Origin: Tubiluchus corallicola
Taxonomy: Eukaryota > Animalia > Priapulida
Direction: 5' to 3'
Length of the DNA: 64,000 nucleotides
NCBI GenBank assembly: GCA_030141605.1
Contig: JAQGDQ010000012.1
Coordinates: forward strand, 1,471,341-1,535,340
The position numbers were made by a program, and so were the translations under genes. Positions within the stretch are counted from its first letter, which is position 1. The number at the start of each line of letters is the position of its first letter. This document shows positions 14,701 through 27,857 of this stretch, in pieces. Under the pieces are notes generated by a model. It was not told the origin of the DNA. It did no database searches and saw only the letters and a program-made list of their open reading frames with translations.

Positions 14701-14789
14701 ATGAAGCAAAAGTAAATATTTTCATGAAGATACCAATTAAACGAGACTGCAAATTATGAAGAAGAAAAATGAAAAACCGATTTAATTAC

Positions 14790-15231
14790 CTGGATTTGGT
14801 GATTTCTTGATCCAGTCATACGGCGGGCCACCTCTTAGTGGCCGATTTCCAGAATCCGTTACCGTATGTGTGGGCATGGGGAGAGACCCTGTGGAGGAGG
14901 ATCCACTGGCAGCCGGATTGGGCACAATAGCCCCATGTCCACGCACAAAGTCTGGAGGATTCACCGGGGGCGATCTGGTATAAGCGCTTTGATGATGATG
15001 ACCGGTAGCTCCAAATCCACCCGACTGCAACATCGTCCATGGATCGTCCGGATGTCCACGTCCCGGCCCAGTCGGGTACATCCAGGTGCCCTGTGGGAGC
15101 TGTTCGCCGTAGGAGTAGTCCGAACATTGCGGTGTAGGGTAGCTGATGTTTGGTGGGAGGTTGTGGGAAGAATAACCCCCTTGGCCGGTGTGACGTCCCG
15201 TGAACATTGTAGGTTCATAGATGAGAGTCAT
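14790..15231 (-). CDS. Cdx: Cdx (caudal) ParaHox transcription factor, coding exon 1
   Basis: ORF MTLIYEPTMF...RGGPPYDWIKKSPNPG is Pro/Gly/Ser/His-rich and carries the hexapeptide PYDWIKK (Cdx-type PY[D/E]W[M/I][K/R]K). It is followed by a phase-1 donor CAG|GTAATT (GT at 14789-14788) splitting the Gly that normally precedes KTRTKDKY in Cdx. Homeobox exon not seen in the window. Confidence 0.8.
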
Positions 15232-15464
15232 GATATAACATCACAGGCTTCTCTTTTTCTCTTTCACTTTTTTGTCAAAGTATTTTGTTAAATGTTTCTG
15301 ATTGTCACCTCACTTCTCGCTTTTACGATGATCGTCGCGGGTTGTTATCTACTGAAACACTGAAACTACAACACATGATGAAGCAGTATGTAGAAATCGT
15401 TCAACTTGTTGCTAATGGCAGGTGAGCTTTTACTCTCTTTTCGCAGACATGATGTTCACCAACT

Positions 15465-15670
15465 TCATGGAATCATAAACTGCAACCGCCGCGGCAGTCA
15501 GAGTGGGTTATATTCCCATGCGCCAGAGACACTGCTTCAGAGAAACTCGATTTTACTGCTAAGTCATAAAACAATGTCAGCGGGCGTGGCATAGTTGCCG
15601 TTTTCTCTGATCTTGCCGATATTCGTACACACTGCGCATGCTGATTGGCTGTGGAATAACGCGTCAGCAA
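15465..15670 (-). promoter_or_regulatory. Candidate Cdx proximal promoter
   Basis: GC/CpG-enriched stretch upstream of the ATG with an NF-Y box AGCCAATCAG (15641-15650, minus), a GC box GGGCGTGGC (15582-15590) and Cdx-type sites ATCATAAA (~15472) and GTCATAAA (~15563). Confidence 0.45.
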
Positions 15671-16275
15671 CGTCAAAAGCCTGCCGCCGCTCAGGTACAC
15701 GCCTTGCACTGAAATGTGGCATTAGACAGTTTATTTTGGAAATTTTAATATTTTTATGAAGTGAATGGAAGAAAAATTTCTTATCTAAGTTCCGTAATGT
15801 TATATGCCGGATATCCATGTAACCATATGCATAAAATGATACGTGATTTTTTTACTTGTACCTATGTAACATCAAAAAGAAATTTTCCTTATTATTAATA
15901 CAATAATTAAAAAAATTAATCTTCTAAAGAATTATACTAGGTATAACGTAATTTAAACCAAACGCAGTAAAGCAATAATTGACCTTTGCTAATAAAATAC
16001 AAATTTGATTTAAGAAACACCAGCTATCGCTACTGAAAGCGGAATTTATTTGTTTACTAGTTGCTCAAATAAACGTAGTTTACAGACACAAAAGCGAACA
16101 AATACGGAACAACAGTAGTCTATAAGGCAATAATTCGTATTTCAAAATTGGTAAATAGTGATTATTCGGCTATTAAAACGTACAAACTATTTACAGCGCA
16201 ATATAAATCAGGATTAAGAATAGAACTAACTCATATGCAGGCGTTATCTTGCTTGCAGAAAAAAAGATAAAACCT

Positions 16276-16278
<3 letters not shown>

Positions 16279-16318
<40 letters not shown>
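16279..16318. repeat. (TA)n microsatellite
   Basis: Direct observation. Confidence 0.95.
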
Positions 16319-16321
<3 letters not shown>

Positions 16322-18247
16322 TATTGATATAGGCAAAAAACTAGGCAATGGCTACAGCTTCACTCCAGAGCTTCAAAGCAAAATAGATTGGTAACTGTTA
16401 GAAAAATTGTTTGTCTTTTTAAGAAAGAGTTTCTAACGCAAAAGCACCCGGATACACACGGGGCAGACAGATACAGGACAAGGCCAACCTTTTTTCAATC
16501 AGAATTTAGTGTAAAGCCTCATTCAGTGGAAAAATCTATGACCAGTCCAGGTCATGACTTTTCTTTATTATAAAAGTTAGGATTTTCTCGCTACCGGAAG
16601 CCGTATCAAAATACAAGAGCAAGAACACGCTTAGTTAGTATCAAGCATTTTTCATTGAGAGTTGGTAATCTCAAAACAGCTTACGCGATGGAAAATGAAT
16701 TCACACCTACATAAGCGGTCTAAGTAGAGTGAATCCGACAAAATTTCAAAAAAGAGCCAAAAAGAATGCTTAAGCTAAGACTTTGTAAAATTGTAGCATA
16801 AACAGAATTTCATTTATTTTGGATTGTTGGGTCCCGAAATTATTTCTGGAAAAATCTGGATGGTTTCAATTGCCAAACAGTCCCTAGTTATTTACCTCTC
16901 TCAGGCAGTACATGTATGTATCCAAGTATGGCTAAAACGCTAATACTAGTTCCGTATTTTTTCTTAAAAGATTATACTTGATTAATTTATGAGAGATTGT
17001 GCTGCCACAACAGTGAATATTATCAACAATGCAATAAGTGTCATAATGTATTAAGGAGAGTAATCGTCTCTGTGCACTGCCAGTCGCCGAGTTTGCAATG
17101 TGACACAATTTCACACGCTGAGCGACATACTCAGGAGATTGGCTAAAGCTTCTTGAAAGGATTGGAAAGGTTTTCCATCCGTTATTGTGCGATTTTTTTA
17201 TTAATTTATTAGCAGAATTTGTAGCATTGCCGCCATGGCCTATAGGTACGTTCCAAGACTATACTAGTTCAGAGTGCCCCAATTGCAAATTATTTAGTGA
17301 TCTAAGAAATTTGCAAAACTAACACGCCACAAGCACTATTCAGCTAAAGCGGTCTTACGTATCGTATCCTCAAGTGTTTATTTCGCAAAAATCGCATGAA
17401 CGCCCCAACAAAAACTTGAAAAAATTAGGCAAAGTGTTAAGTCTTTGCTTCTTGGTGAAGTAGAAAAGCGAAAAACTTAATAATTCGCAGAACTGCTACT
17501 TGCAGTACATGATTCGCAAAACTGTTATTTATTTCATGCGTGTACCTACAATTGCATTTGGCAGAATGTAGGCCTAACTAACATTTTAATCTTCTGATTT
17601 ATTTTACATAGATATATTAGCACAGTGGACCGTGTTTAAATAAAAGTAAAAAAGTAAATTAACAAGTAAGTTTTTTTTATTTTTATCAAAGTTGAAGAAA
17701 CATGATGTAGAAACGAAATCACCAAGGATATATAAATGTGTCTGCTGGCATTTATTATGACCATCACAAGTGATCACTTTTAATCCAAATTTTAAAAGAA
17801 AACAAAACACGTAAAACAAACGCACAAAACAAAAAATGTACATTTTTTTATTACTTTACAAAAAATCAAAGTCTTCACACAAATCACTTCACAAAAATGT
17901 TGACTTAATGTGTGTATCTTGTTTTTTGACGACTGGGGATAGTCGAAAAGTAATAAATGCCCATAAGCGTGTTTATCACATTGTTGGTGATTTTGATTTT
18001 ATTAAAACTAAGAATCCCGCTTAGCAAGAGTTTGTTTTCAAGCATGATGCATGTGTAATTTCATTTCAAATTTAAGGCTATGAATCAGCAAAAATAAACA
18101 GTAGCAATTAATCGAAAACGTAATTACGGACGCAAGAAAAATAAGCGTTAAGAAGCTACCAATAATAAGTTAACAACTATGACATTTGTTACCAATTAAC
18201 TTCATTTTTAGTCAGTAGTTTACTATGTACTTAAAATAATGACGATG

Positions 18248-18391
<144 letters not shown>

Positions 18392-20291
18392 ACTGAATTA
18401 TAATTTTGTCTTGCTTTTTATGTTAAATTTATGTTTAAAATACTTATAATAAATGTAAATAGCTAATGTGTATTGTACGTATAATATCTATAATATATAT
18501 TATATTATATTATCTATACCTATTTATAGTATTTATAATATCTATGATATTAAAAGAAATGTGAGCAATGTCACGAAAATATCGCTTATTTTCGTGGGGT
18601 TATTTGTGATCACCACCATTTTACTTCTCCCGCAGCATAACATAATTTTGAGACCTTTTATATGAAAGTCTTCAAAAATCCAGTTTTGTATATGGGATTT
18701 TTTTACTCATTTGTTTTGTTCTCGATAACAAATTATTATTCGTCTTATTAATTGATTTAATTTATTCATTAATAAATTGATTAACTTAGTTAAAGAAACT
18801 AAATTGACTTTTAGAGAGCGTATACTGTAGTCACGCGAAGACTATGCTGAGTATGTTCAGTTTATACCAAATTTACATTTTAACATTTTCAACACTTGTG
18901 CAAATACGAGTAAATGAAAGTATTTTGTTTAAAGGTTATCATACTTTAACTAGGCCCAAATTTATAACACTTTTAATTAAATTGCATTTATCCGAACCAC
19001 TTTTCTCATTTTTTACACCGAGATGGCTGACGTAAGTAATAACCACGGAAGACTTGCCACCTCAATATGTACCAAGTAAACTCAATCTACCTTATCAAGC
19101 CTAAAACCTAATAAAATTGGCTAGGGTGTCTGTAGCAGTGTTTGCGCGAGTAAACAGCCAAATGATGCGTTTATGAGCATGAAATCAGCAGGGAATATGA
19201 TAAAACTTGTGTACACACAGACTTGGGCATATGAAAAATCTGGTGCAAACTATTTGAAATGAAGGTTTTTAAATCGGCATGGATATGAATACTGTGCTAT
19301 ATATTGCGATAACTATGAATTTTCAATTTTAACACGGTAGCTTTTGAGCTCCACGATTCCTGATGGTTCACGAACACAATATTGGCTTCCAAAACAGGAA
19401 GACAGGATTATTTTTCATATACTACCCCATTTTCAAGTAGGGTAAAAAGTATACATTTTAACACAATTAATACTGCAAAAGCGTTTCTGATGATTAAATA
19501 ATAGATTAAAAACTTAATTAATGGCATCGAGCCCAACTATTGATGACATCACAAACTGACTAACTCTATAGAGGTCACTGGTTGTACTAAAACTAGGCAA
19601 GCTTTACGATAAAAATTCAAATTTCAAATTTACCGCTGTGCTTACGCGTGAGCTGTCGAACTGAGAGGTACAACACCTATTTTTGTGCAATGCTTTCCGA
19701 AATGCATGCGCTAGTGCCCGTCTAACTAGCGAATGGCGAAATGCATGTAACAGCGAAGAGCTAGTGGCGCGAACGTGAAACTGTGTTTGTGTGGTAATAA
19801 TTCTAAGTCAATCTGGAAAAAATAGCATGTTTCCTTTCAATATTTTAAAGAGTAGATTGTTTCGACCTACAGTTTAAAAACATTGGGTCCGGTTTTGCTT
19901 TAAGCGGGAGTTCGCAAAACAGACAAAAGAAAAAGTAAACAAGTATAAAATCAGTAGATAAAAAATACAAAGGTAAAATACAATAGCCAAAAAATCAAGG
20001 TAAATACATCAAAAGTAAAAAAAAAACTTAACAAAGGCAATGGTTAAAAAGAAAAATGACCACATAAGTAACCGAAACGACAAAAACTGAAATGAAGAGA
20101 TAAGTAAAAAAGGAAAGAGACAAAAGTATTAGAGTATAAATTTATTTTAAAAAGACCTTTATTGAATAGGTGTCGGTGTAGAACGTGTAGTTCGGCGTTC
20201 CATTATTCCGGTCTCATACACCGCGCGTCGTCCACTGATTGATATAGCACGACTAGCGTAGAAAATTCAGCGTAAGGTAAAGAGCGCGCGC

Positions 20292-20294
<3 letters not shown>

Positions 20295-20372
<78 letters not shown>
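20295..20372. repeat. (AG)n microsatellite
   Basis: Direct observation. Confidence 0.97.
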
Positions 20373-20374
<2 letters not shown>

Positions 20375-21340
20375 TTGATTTTATTTGCTTAATTTCTTTA
20401 TTTCAAACTTTCGTTCACATTAATACAATATTAAATGTATATAAGATAAAAATTCAGGAAAATACACAATACAGGCACACACAAGAGAGCAACGGACACT
20501 AACTTTATAATTGCATGTTGCTTAGGTAAGAGATATAAATAAAAAGCTAACTGTGGGACCCAAAGGTGAAACATGAACTAAAATAGAAAAAACAACAAAA
20601 GGGCGGAAAAAAGAATAAAGTTGTAAAGATCAATGGAAAAATGACACAAATTTAAAAAATGTTTTAGTAACTTCTGCAGAGTGAACGAATTTTTCGAAAC
20701 TGCTCTATTGTTATCTGTTTCACTATTTTAACGTTCTAGCGCCGTGGTATAGTGAAAAAATTCTTCAGTCACATAATTTTGCTGAAACCTTAGTTCATTT
20801 AGAACTAGACTGGTCTGAAAATCACTATATGGTCTGTAACAATGGTCTTTGACTTATTGACGTAACCAAGTAGCAGTTATAATGTAAATAAAGAATCTGT
20901 AAAACTTCGTTATTTGACAACTGTGATTCTATTCAAGGTCATGTGTGGTCAGATACTATAATAATAGCTCTGTATAGACTCTTGCCTGAATTTCTGACCC
21001 CTAGACCACGACTAGTTCTACCTCTCTGCAACCATCAACTGCTCAATGCAGTTATGATTTCATTGCTTTAAACATGCGGGATGAGATATAAAACAATGTT
21101 AGCCCTCTTTTTTCCATTCACCTAGATAGATGTGGGCAGTTGCCCGACTCCACTGATAAACCAAGGTCGCACATTTCCACTTCTAATTTTCATATGGTGA
21201 AATAAAGCTGTTTTTTCCAGCATTTCTGACTTCTGTATAAATATAATAAATGTTGATTTATTACCTGGCGGAGCCAAGAAATGAAAATATTTGGCTGACA
21301 AACTTATTCACAGTAAACACACTCGAGATACTTGAAAATA
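20373..21340 (-). mobile_element. Old L2-like LINE 3' fragment ending at (CT)n
   Basis: Minus-strand FKYL remnant near 21330 and a YHGART remnant near 20745 (cf. YRGAKLWN), then an AT-rich 3' UTR with AATAAA running into the microsatellite. Confidence 0.35.
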
Positions 21341-23519
21341 TATTACTCCTTTTATAGTGGTAATAATACTAGATCCATATCTAACTGAAAACTGATAAAG
21401 CTGATGGAAACAACACGTAGATGCTTATACACACCATGGCACTCACGTATACCATACATACACACCTACATTTATGCTGGCATATAAATAAATAATAACT
21501 GAAAGGTGTTATTGTTGTATAAAATGCTTAAAATTGAAATATAGGGGAAATATACCCTGTATGGTTTTATACGCGGCCACAAATAATTCCGTTTATAATG
21601 TCTTGTTGTATACTGAGGAAACACGACGTAATTACTACTCAAATGTTGTGTTTTGGTGAAATATTGCATATTGTAAACTATAGTTTATAAACTATTTTAT
21701 ACGCCGTGGATGCATAAAATAGTACACAGCTATCATTATAGTTTAAACTGTAAAATATATGAAACAACATGAAATGCAGAAAATTGGATGACCTCTTACA
21801 TTTGGAAGCAAAGATAAGTATGGTAGGCCTATCTTTGCTGTGCTTATTAAAAATAAAGCCTCAAATAGAAAACTAAAAATATGGAGGCTGTACTCATCAG
21901 ATTGACTTAGTACATAAATAATCTGTAGTATAAAATCATTTTATTTGTTATAAATAAAAGCAATACGTACATTCCAGAATGGGGCTTTTAGACCAAAAGC
22001 AGGAATTACAAAAACAGTTGTACACCGTGACACACAAATAAAATATGTAATCTGACAAAATCTGGGTAAAACACTGTTTTATAACTTGATTATTACTTCT
22101 TATACCAGAGATCGAAACTTTTTTGACTGTCATGCTTAGTAGCACAATTACAAAATATAGCACGTTGTATTTTAAAGAAGATTTGCAAAATTTGCAGAGC
22201 GGTGAACAAGAAGCCATCCAGACAACAGTGTCGGGGACACGAAAAATGTGATACAAAAAAAACTATTTTCGTAACCTGTCTATATAAGAAATGTATGTAA
22301 TTTATAAGAAAAGGTTACTTGTTGTCAAGTTCAATGCTCATTAGTTCAGAATGTTTGATCAGTTTGAATAGTACAGCAGAAAAATTTGCTGAGTTAAGAA
22401 TTGCGAGCAATGAAAAAAACGAGCGTGCTAGACTCGAACGTTAAGATGTGAATCAGATTGATTATTATGCTCAAAGTTTCAAACCAAATCATAATTAAAA
22501 CAACTAAATTGAAATTAAGAAACCTTCGAAAAATAATAATTTAGTTTGGCCTGAAACTCGGCATTCACATTCGCAGCTCCCATGCAGGCGTACGCAATTT
22601 TTAGGGTCTTCTAAACCTTCTTCTTTAAGGTCTTTACCATACGCAATTTTGAAGGATCCACACTTTCAGTGCTGGGAATGGCGCATGCTCAACGCGATCT
22701 CCGCCCGTAGATTCTAATAAACTCATAAAAGTTATGATTTGGCGTAATACATAGCTCAGTGGCGTCGTCTCGTCATGTGCTCCTTCATATCGTGTAGGAC
22801 GAACAAATTCTTTCGTTTGCTTTCGTCCAATACCTATGCGAGTTTAATCTACCCCGCCCTCTAGCGGGCTGCACGCAAACTCTTGTCGGGCCTTTGTCGG
22901 CGAATTTACAACACTTCAGCTGCTACTTCAGCTAAATTAGCGGCGAGTAATAAACAAATGGCTGCCGTCCAGCGACGAAATGAACACCGGAAGTGCAGAT
23001 AGCCGGACTGTCAGCCAGTTCCGATGTCTCACACCCGAGATTGAATAGACTGAAACCGCACGTGCGCGGTTTCCTGAATTTACTACTGTGCAACGATTTC
23101 TGTAATTTTCAATCTAACATAATTGGATGGCTTCAACTATGACAATAGCTTGTAGCTGTAGGCCTAAATTTATAATTGCCGAAAGTTTGGAAACGCTCAT
23201 AAATTAGTTGTCATTTTCGTAGTGCAAAATTTTTCAAAAAATACGGATCTCGTTTGCCTTCAATTTAAATGAATTAAATGTATTGACACTCACGGAGAAT
23301 TATTGAGTGAAATAATTTTGAACACATTTCAATAGAATAACAGCTTCAATGTTAAAAGATGTTATTGCCTCATGCAACAACTGTTTAGGCAAAACATTGT
23401 TTTCCTGCGTAATGATAATCTTATTGTTTTTAATACCTAAAAATTATTGAATATTTCACACATTTCACCGCCTTCCCTCAAAGTTTTGGTGTTTATGCAG
23501 CTACAGGCACACAGCTTAC

Positions 23520-23870
23520 AGGGGTTTTGGACCAGAGATTTTCGACAGAAACGTTTTGGACATATGGGTTATTTGGATGCAAAACGATTTTGGACACAGA
23601 ACATTTTGGATACGTAGGTTATGTTGACACAGGCCGTTTGGACACATTGGGTATTTAGACACTATGGGTTTTGGACACATAGGTCATTTAGACACTAGGT
23701 ATTTTGGACATATAGGACATATGGACACAAAGTGATTTGGACACATAGGTTATTTAGACACTAGTCTTAAGCTGATTTAGACACTAGTCTTAAGCTGTTT
23801 AGACACTGAGGTTTTTTGAAATATAAGACATTTGGACACTAGTGTTTTGCACACAGGACATTTAGAAACG
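23520..23870. repeat. Degenerate minisatellite of ~18-21 bp units
   Basis: About 17-18 recurrences of the core TTT(G/A)GACAC. Confidence 0.85.
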
Positions 23871-25625
23871 TAGAAATTCACTCTTTAGATGCAAAAGGTA
23901 TCATTTGGATTCAATCGGGAAATCGTATCAATTAGCAACATTGGTTATTTAGTTATGCCCTGTTCTTGGAGATGGTTCAGTTTAAAGGTCCTATGTCACT
24001 ATTTTTTATGTTATATTCTTTTATAGCGCAGGCGGAATTACATAAGTCTTAATTTATAGAATAGTTTTGATGCATACTTTTATGTGATTTGGTAATTTAA
24101 ATTAAGTGCTGTTGGTATTGCTATAGTAAGTGCTAAATTAAGTGCTATATTATCACCGGCATATACCTCAAGAATTACACGCCAACCCTAAACCAGTTAT
24201 TATTTACAACGACATTTTTCATGAACTCATATCGGATCACCCATCTAGTGGCATTCGCTTCAAATTGTTGCACAACTACATAAAGTCTACTAAGCGTTTT
24301 ACTAATTCAATGTATATTGATATGTACAATGAATTGTAACCAGAGTATTTTGAATTTTGTACTTTTGAATTAAACACCAGTTACTGAGCAATCATACTTT
24401 TGTACAACTTGTATATTTCAATTTTAAGTACGATTAACTAATGAATTACTTGTTTTTGAACTAACTATCTATGTAACTATACTCTTGATAACCAGCTGTA
24501 TATACCTGTTCTCAACTAAAATGCATTTGTTGTACAGCGGGAAAAATTCTGGTCAGTAATATTACCGCAAGTCGATCCACTTAAAATAAATAAAGTTTAT
24601 ATATATAAAAAACCATAGATCAAACAAATGATACATTATTTACAGTATTTTGAAAGATTCTTTTTCTCACCATCTCAAATCCAACGCCTCCACCATTAAC
24701 CATTAACTGCAGTCTGCAAGTCAAAAAGTGCTGAAATATTAAGGGGTTTCATAGTATGCGGATATGCGGAAGCACTGACGGTAACTGCGGCAGGTGCGAT
24801 CGACAGGGTACGGCGAGATTTCTTGCAGCCAGTAACTTTTCACGCTGAACAGAAAAATATCTCTTACTAAAAACAAGGACCTACTAGAATGTAAACCTAG
24901 CAATACAGTGATGATGATGGTAAAACCACTGCATTAAATATTTAAAAAATGCATTCAATAAGGAGGGGAGAGCAATTAACACTAGCGCAGACTAGTGGTC
25001 ACTGAATCCAATCCAAGACAATACACAAAGACATTTCACTAAAAACATTGTAATATTTGGACATGTAGATTATTCCGAAGACAGGTGTATTATTCATAAC
25101 AAAATTATTTGAAAGACACTAATATTAAAATGTGTCATAAAATTAGGTTATATTCATATTGAAAACGCTGTAAGTGCCCAATGATCATTTTACTATGGAT
25201 TTGAATATCAAATCAAAATAGAGAAACTATAGAGGAATACTTGACACATTATGAGTTACCTAAAACAATACGTTGGTGTTTGTGTATAGATTTATAGGGC
25301 TGCTTAAAAAGGGTTCGGTGGTGGCGCGATCACCCTTGTTCCGGCATCCTTAGACGAGTCTTTCGTACAAGCTGACACTATAGCGACTTCTGAAATATTA
25401 CTGCTGAAAATTTCATATTTAGTTGTACAGTTTTAAGCCAGCTTTAACAGCTACGCTTCAGTTTAGTTTCATTATCTCGAATGAGTCACCCCGCGGCACT
25501 ACCTGATCCTCCACCGATATTAGTGAGACACTGTAACCACTTTTGCCCATGTTAGAAACATTTAATGAGCAAATTTTGACGTTTTACATATACAGTATAT
25601 TCGTTTATTACATGTGTGATATATA

Positions 25626-25629
<4 letters not shown>

Positions 25630-25685
<56 letters not shown>

Positions 25686-25759
25686 ATTATATATCTCACA
25701 TACATATTATGACACATCATTGCATATGTATATATAAAGTGTCATACGTATACTACTAA

Positions 25760-25790
<31 letters not shown>
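25630..25790. repeat. Two (TA)n microsatellites
   Basis: Runs at 25630-25683 and 25763-25790. Confidence 0.9.
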
Positions 25791-25994
25791 TTCTGAAACA
25801 TAAAGCTCATTTTTGCACATACACAACGTTAACACATCAATGGGTAAATGCTATAATTTTATGTTCAATCCAGTTAATCCATCAAAACCAATGCAAACCT
25901 TAGAAAACGAGAAAAACAGTTCAAGATATCTCTCATTTCACATTTGTTTTTTGTAGGGCGATTTTGTGATAATGGTACATGGATTATAGATTGT

Positions 25995-26400
25995 ACGATT
26001 ATAGATTATAGATAGATTTATAGATTATAGAAAGTAGATCGTTGCAATTACTGTCTCTCACCTCTAACTTCCTAATAGTACTATTGTAGGTAGAGTTAGG
26101 TAAATAAGACGCGAAGCTTGTATTCCAACTAAATCCGCTATTAAACATTCCAACTAGTAAAGCGCAGTCGAACACATTTTCCTTCACCTAGTAAGGGAAA
26201 TGTTGATTCTTCTCTACAAAGGCAAAAAGCTTTATGAACTGCTGATTTTTTCTTTCATGTGTTCTCTACCAGTATTTATTTTCCCAATCCTCGATCATCA
26301 TAGCCCCAAGGTAGACGTACTTTTCTGCCTGGGTACAACCATGTTCTCATCAGTAACCATAAACTGAGAACTGAGTTTACTAGCGTTCACATTTCGAATT
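25995..26400 (-). mobile_element. RTE-like LINE fragment
   Basis: Minus-strand QAEKYVYLGAM (cf. FKYLGS) and VKENVFDCALLVGMFNSGFSW, with a short repetitive tail near 26000-26030. Confidence 0.35.
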
Positions 26401-27288
26401 TTTTTGTAGAATGATGACGCAGTTTTGAAGTTTAGCTGTGCCTGTGACCTACGTTAGCATTTGTTCATCATACCTTCTTTGCTTTTACAATCCTCACTTT
26501 TCCTGTAGGGCTTGCTCAAAGTTTTATTCTTTGTGTTGAAGAGCCGATGGTCATAGGTTTTGCATTTGCTATGGATGATGCTGATTCCTCTGTAATTTGC
26601 GATTTATCTCCTAGCTGCAGAACACAAACTGACAACGTGCTGTTTTTCTTCAGGTCGACGAATGATGTCACTGGTGGAAAAATGGGCGTTCAAAATAGAA
26701 ACACCCAAGCATGAAATGAAAGTTATTGCTTGTCACACTTTTATTAGTAAATCTTTCTAACATCTTTCCTGTTGTTAATAGTATTGAACAATTGTTAAGA
26801 GTACTGAAATAAGCCTAACTTCCCTGAACGCTTGTTTTTAATATGCTGGAAAACAGCATTGTCAGCTGACAATAATGATCATGTTTACAATATTTCTAGC
26901 AAAATAACTGTAAGTCATTTAATGTCTAAAATTAACAAGCTAAAATGCCACCTAACGTACTTTGTGCATGAACATACATTGCAACTCAACACGAATTGTA
27001 CTGCGTAATTTTTGTTTAAATTATTGCTATGCAAGTTTCAAAATCCTTTACCTGCTTGTTTTGAATTAACCTCGCTTAACAATTTTCCACAAGAACAGTT
27101 TAATTTTGGCACATTATACAAAATTGTTTATTGCACGAATTATACACTACTTAAAACTACATAATTATAAAATCAGCAGTGCAAAATAAATGTACAACAA
27201 TGGGTTTTGATTCAAAGATTTTACATGACAACCATATAAGGAGATAAAGTTTAAAAGAATGATGTTAATGTACTAGTAACTGTGATGT

Positions 27289-27356
27289 CAACATGAACTT
27301 GACGTAAAAAATTAGCTAAGGCAACATGAACTTAACGTAAAAAATTAGCTAAGGCA
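27289..27356. repeat. 33-bp tandem duplication
   Basis: CAACATGAACTT(G/A)ACGTAAAAAATTAGCTAAGG x2. Confidence 0.9.
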
Positions 27357-27857
27357 TCTCTTACAAAGCCAAAACTGTCGCAGACAAACTACTAAAATGG
27401 CAATGGTCTGTCAAACAACAATGAGTCTAGACTAAGGTATTCACAGACTGAATGAAACAAAACATCTTCGTGGCTGTAGGATACTCCGAAGTATATACGA
27501 GTTTATATTTAATTTTAATGACTCAAATCTGCAAGTTCTTCATCCATATCGTAATTAACAAATATCAACAAATGAAATAAATAAACAGCTTAGACAGCCT
27601 CAATATGGTACAATATATTTTCATCAAATGTCTGGATGCACAATATAGGAAGACTGCACGATTATATACATAATCTTGATCACCTTTAAGTTTTCATCAA
27701 CTGAAGAAGGCTTTACGAAGCATTTTGATATAAAACGTAACATACTATATAAAAGCTATTGATACACTCATTTATTTTATGTTCATATTTATTGACTCTA
27801 TTTTTGAAAATGTTCCAGCTATCTGTCTCTACACATCATAAAAACATGGTTGTAGTT

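Noticed and set aside
14816-15291. Alternative-frame and antisense ORFs over Cdx exon 1
   Set aside because: Shadows of a GC-rich coding exon with no recognisable motifs.
23520-23870. CRISPR-like repeat-spacer array
   Set aside because: Eukaryotic context, units too short and degenerate, spacers mutually related, no cas genes.
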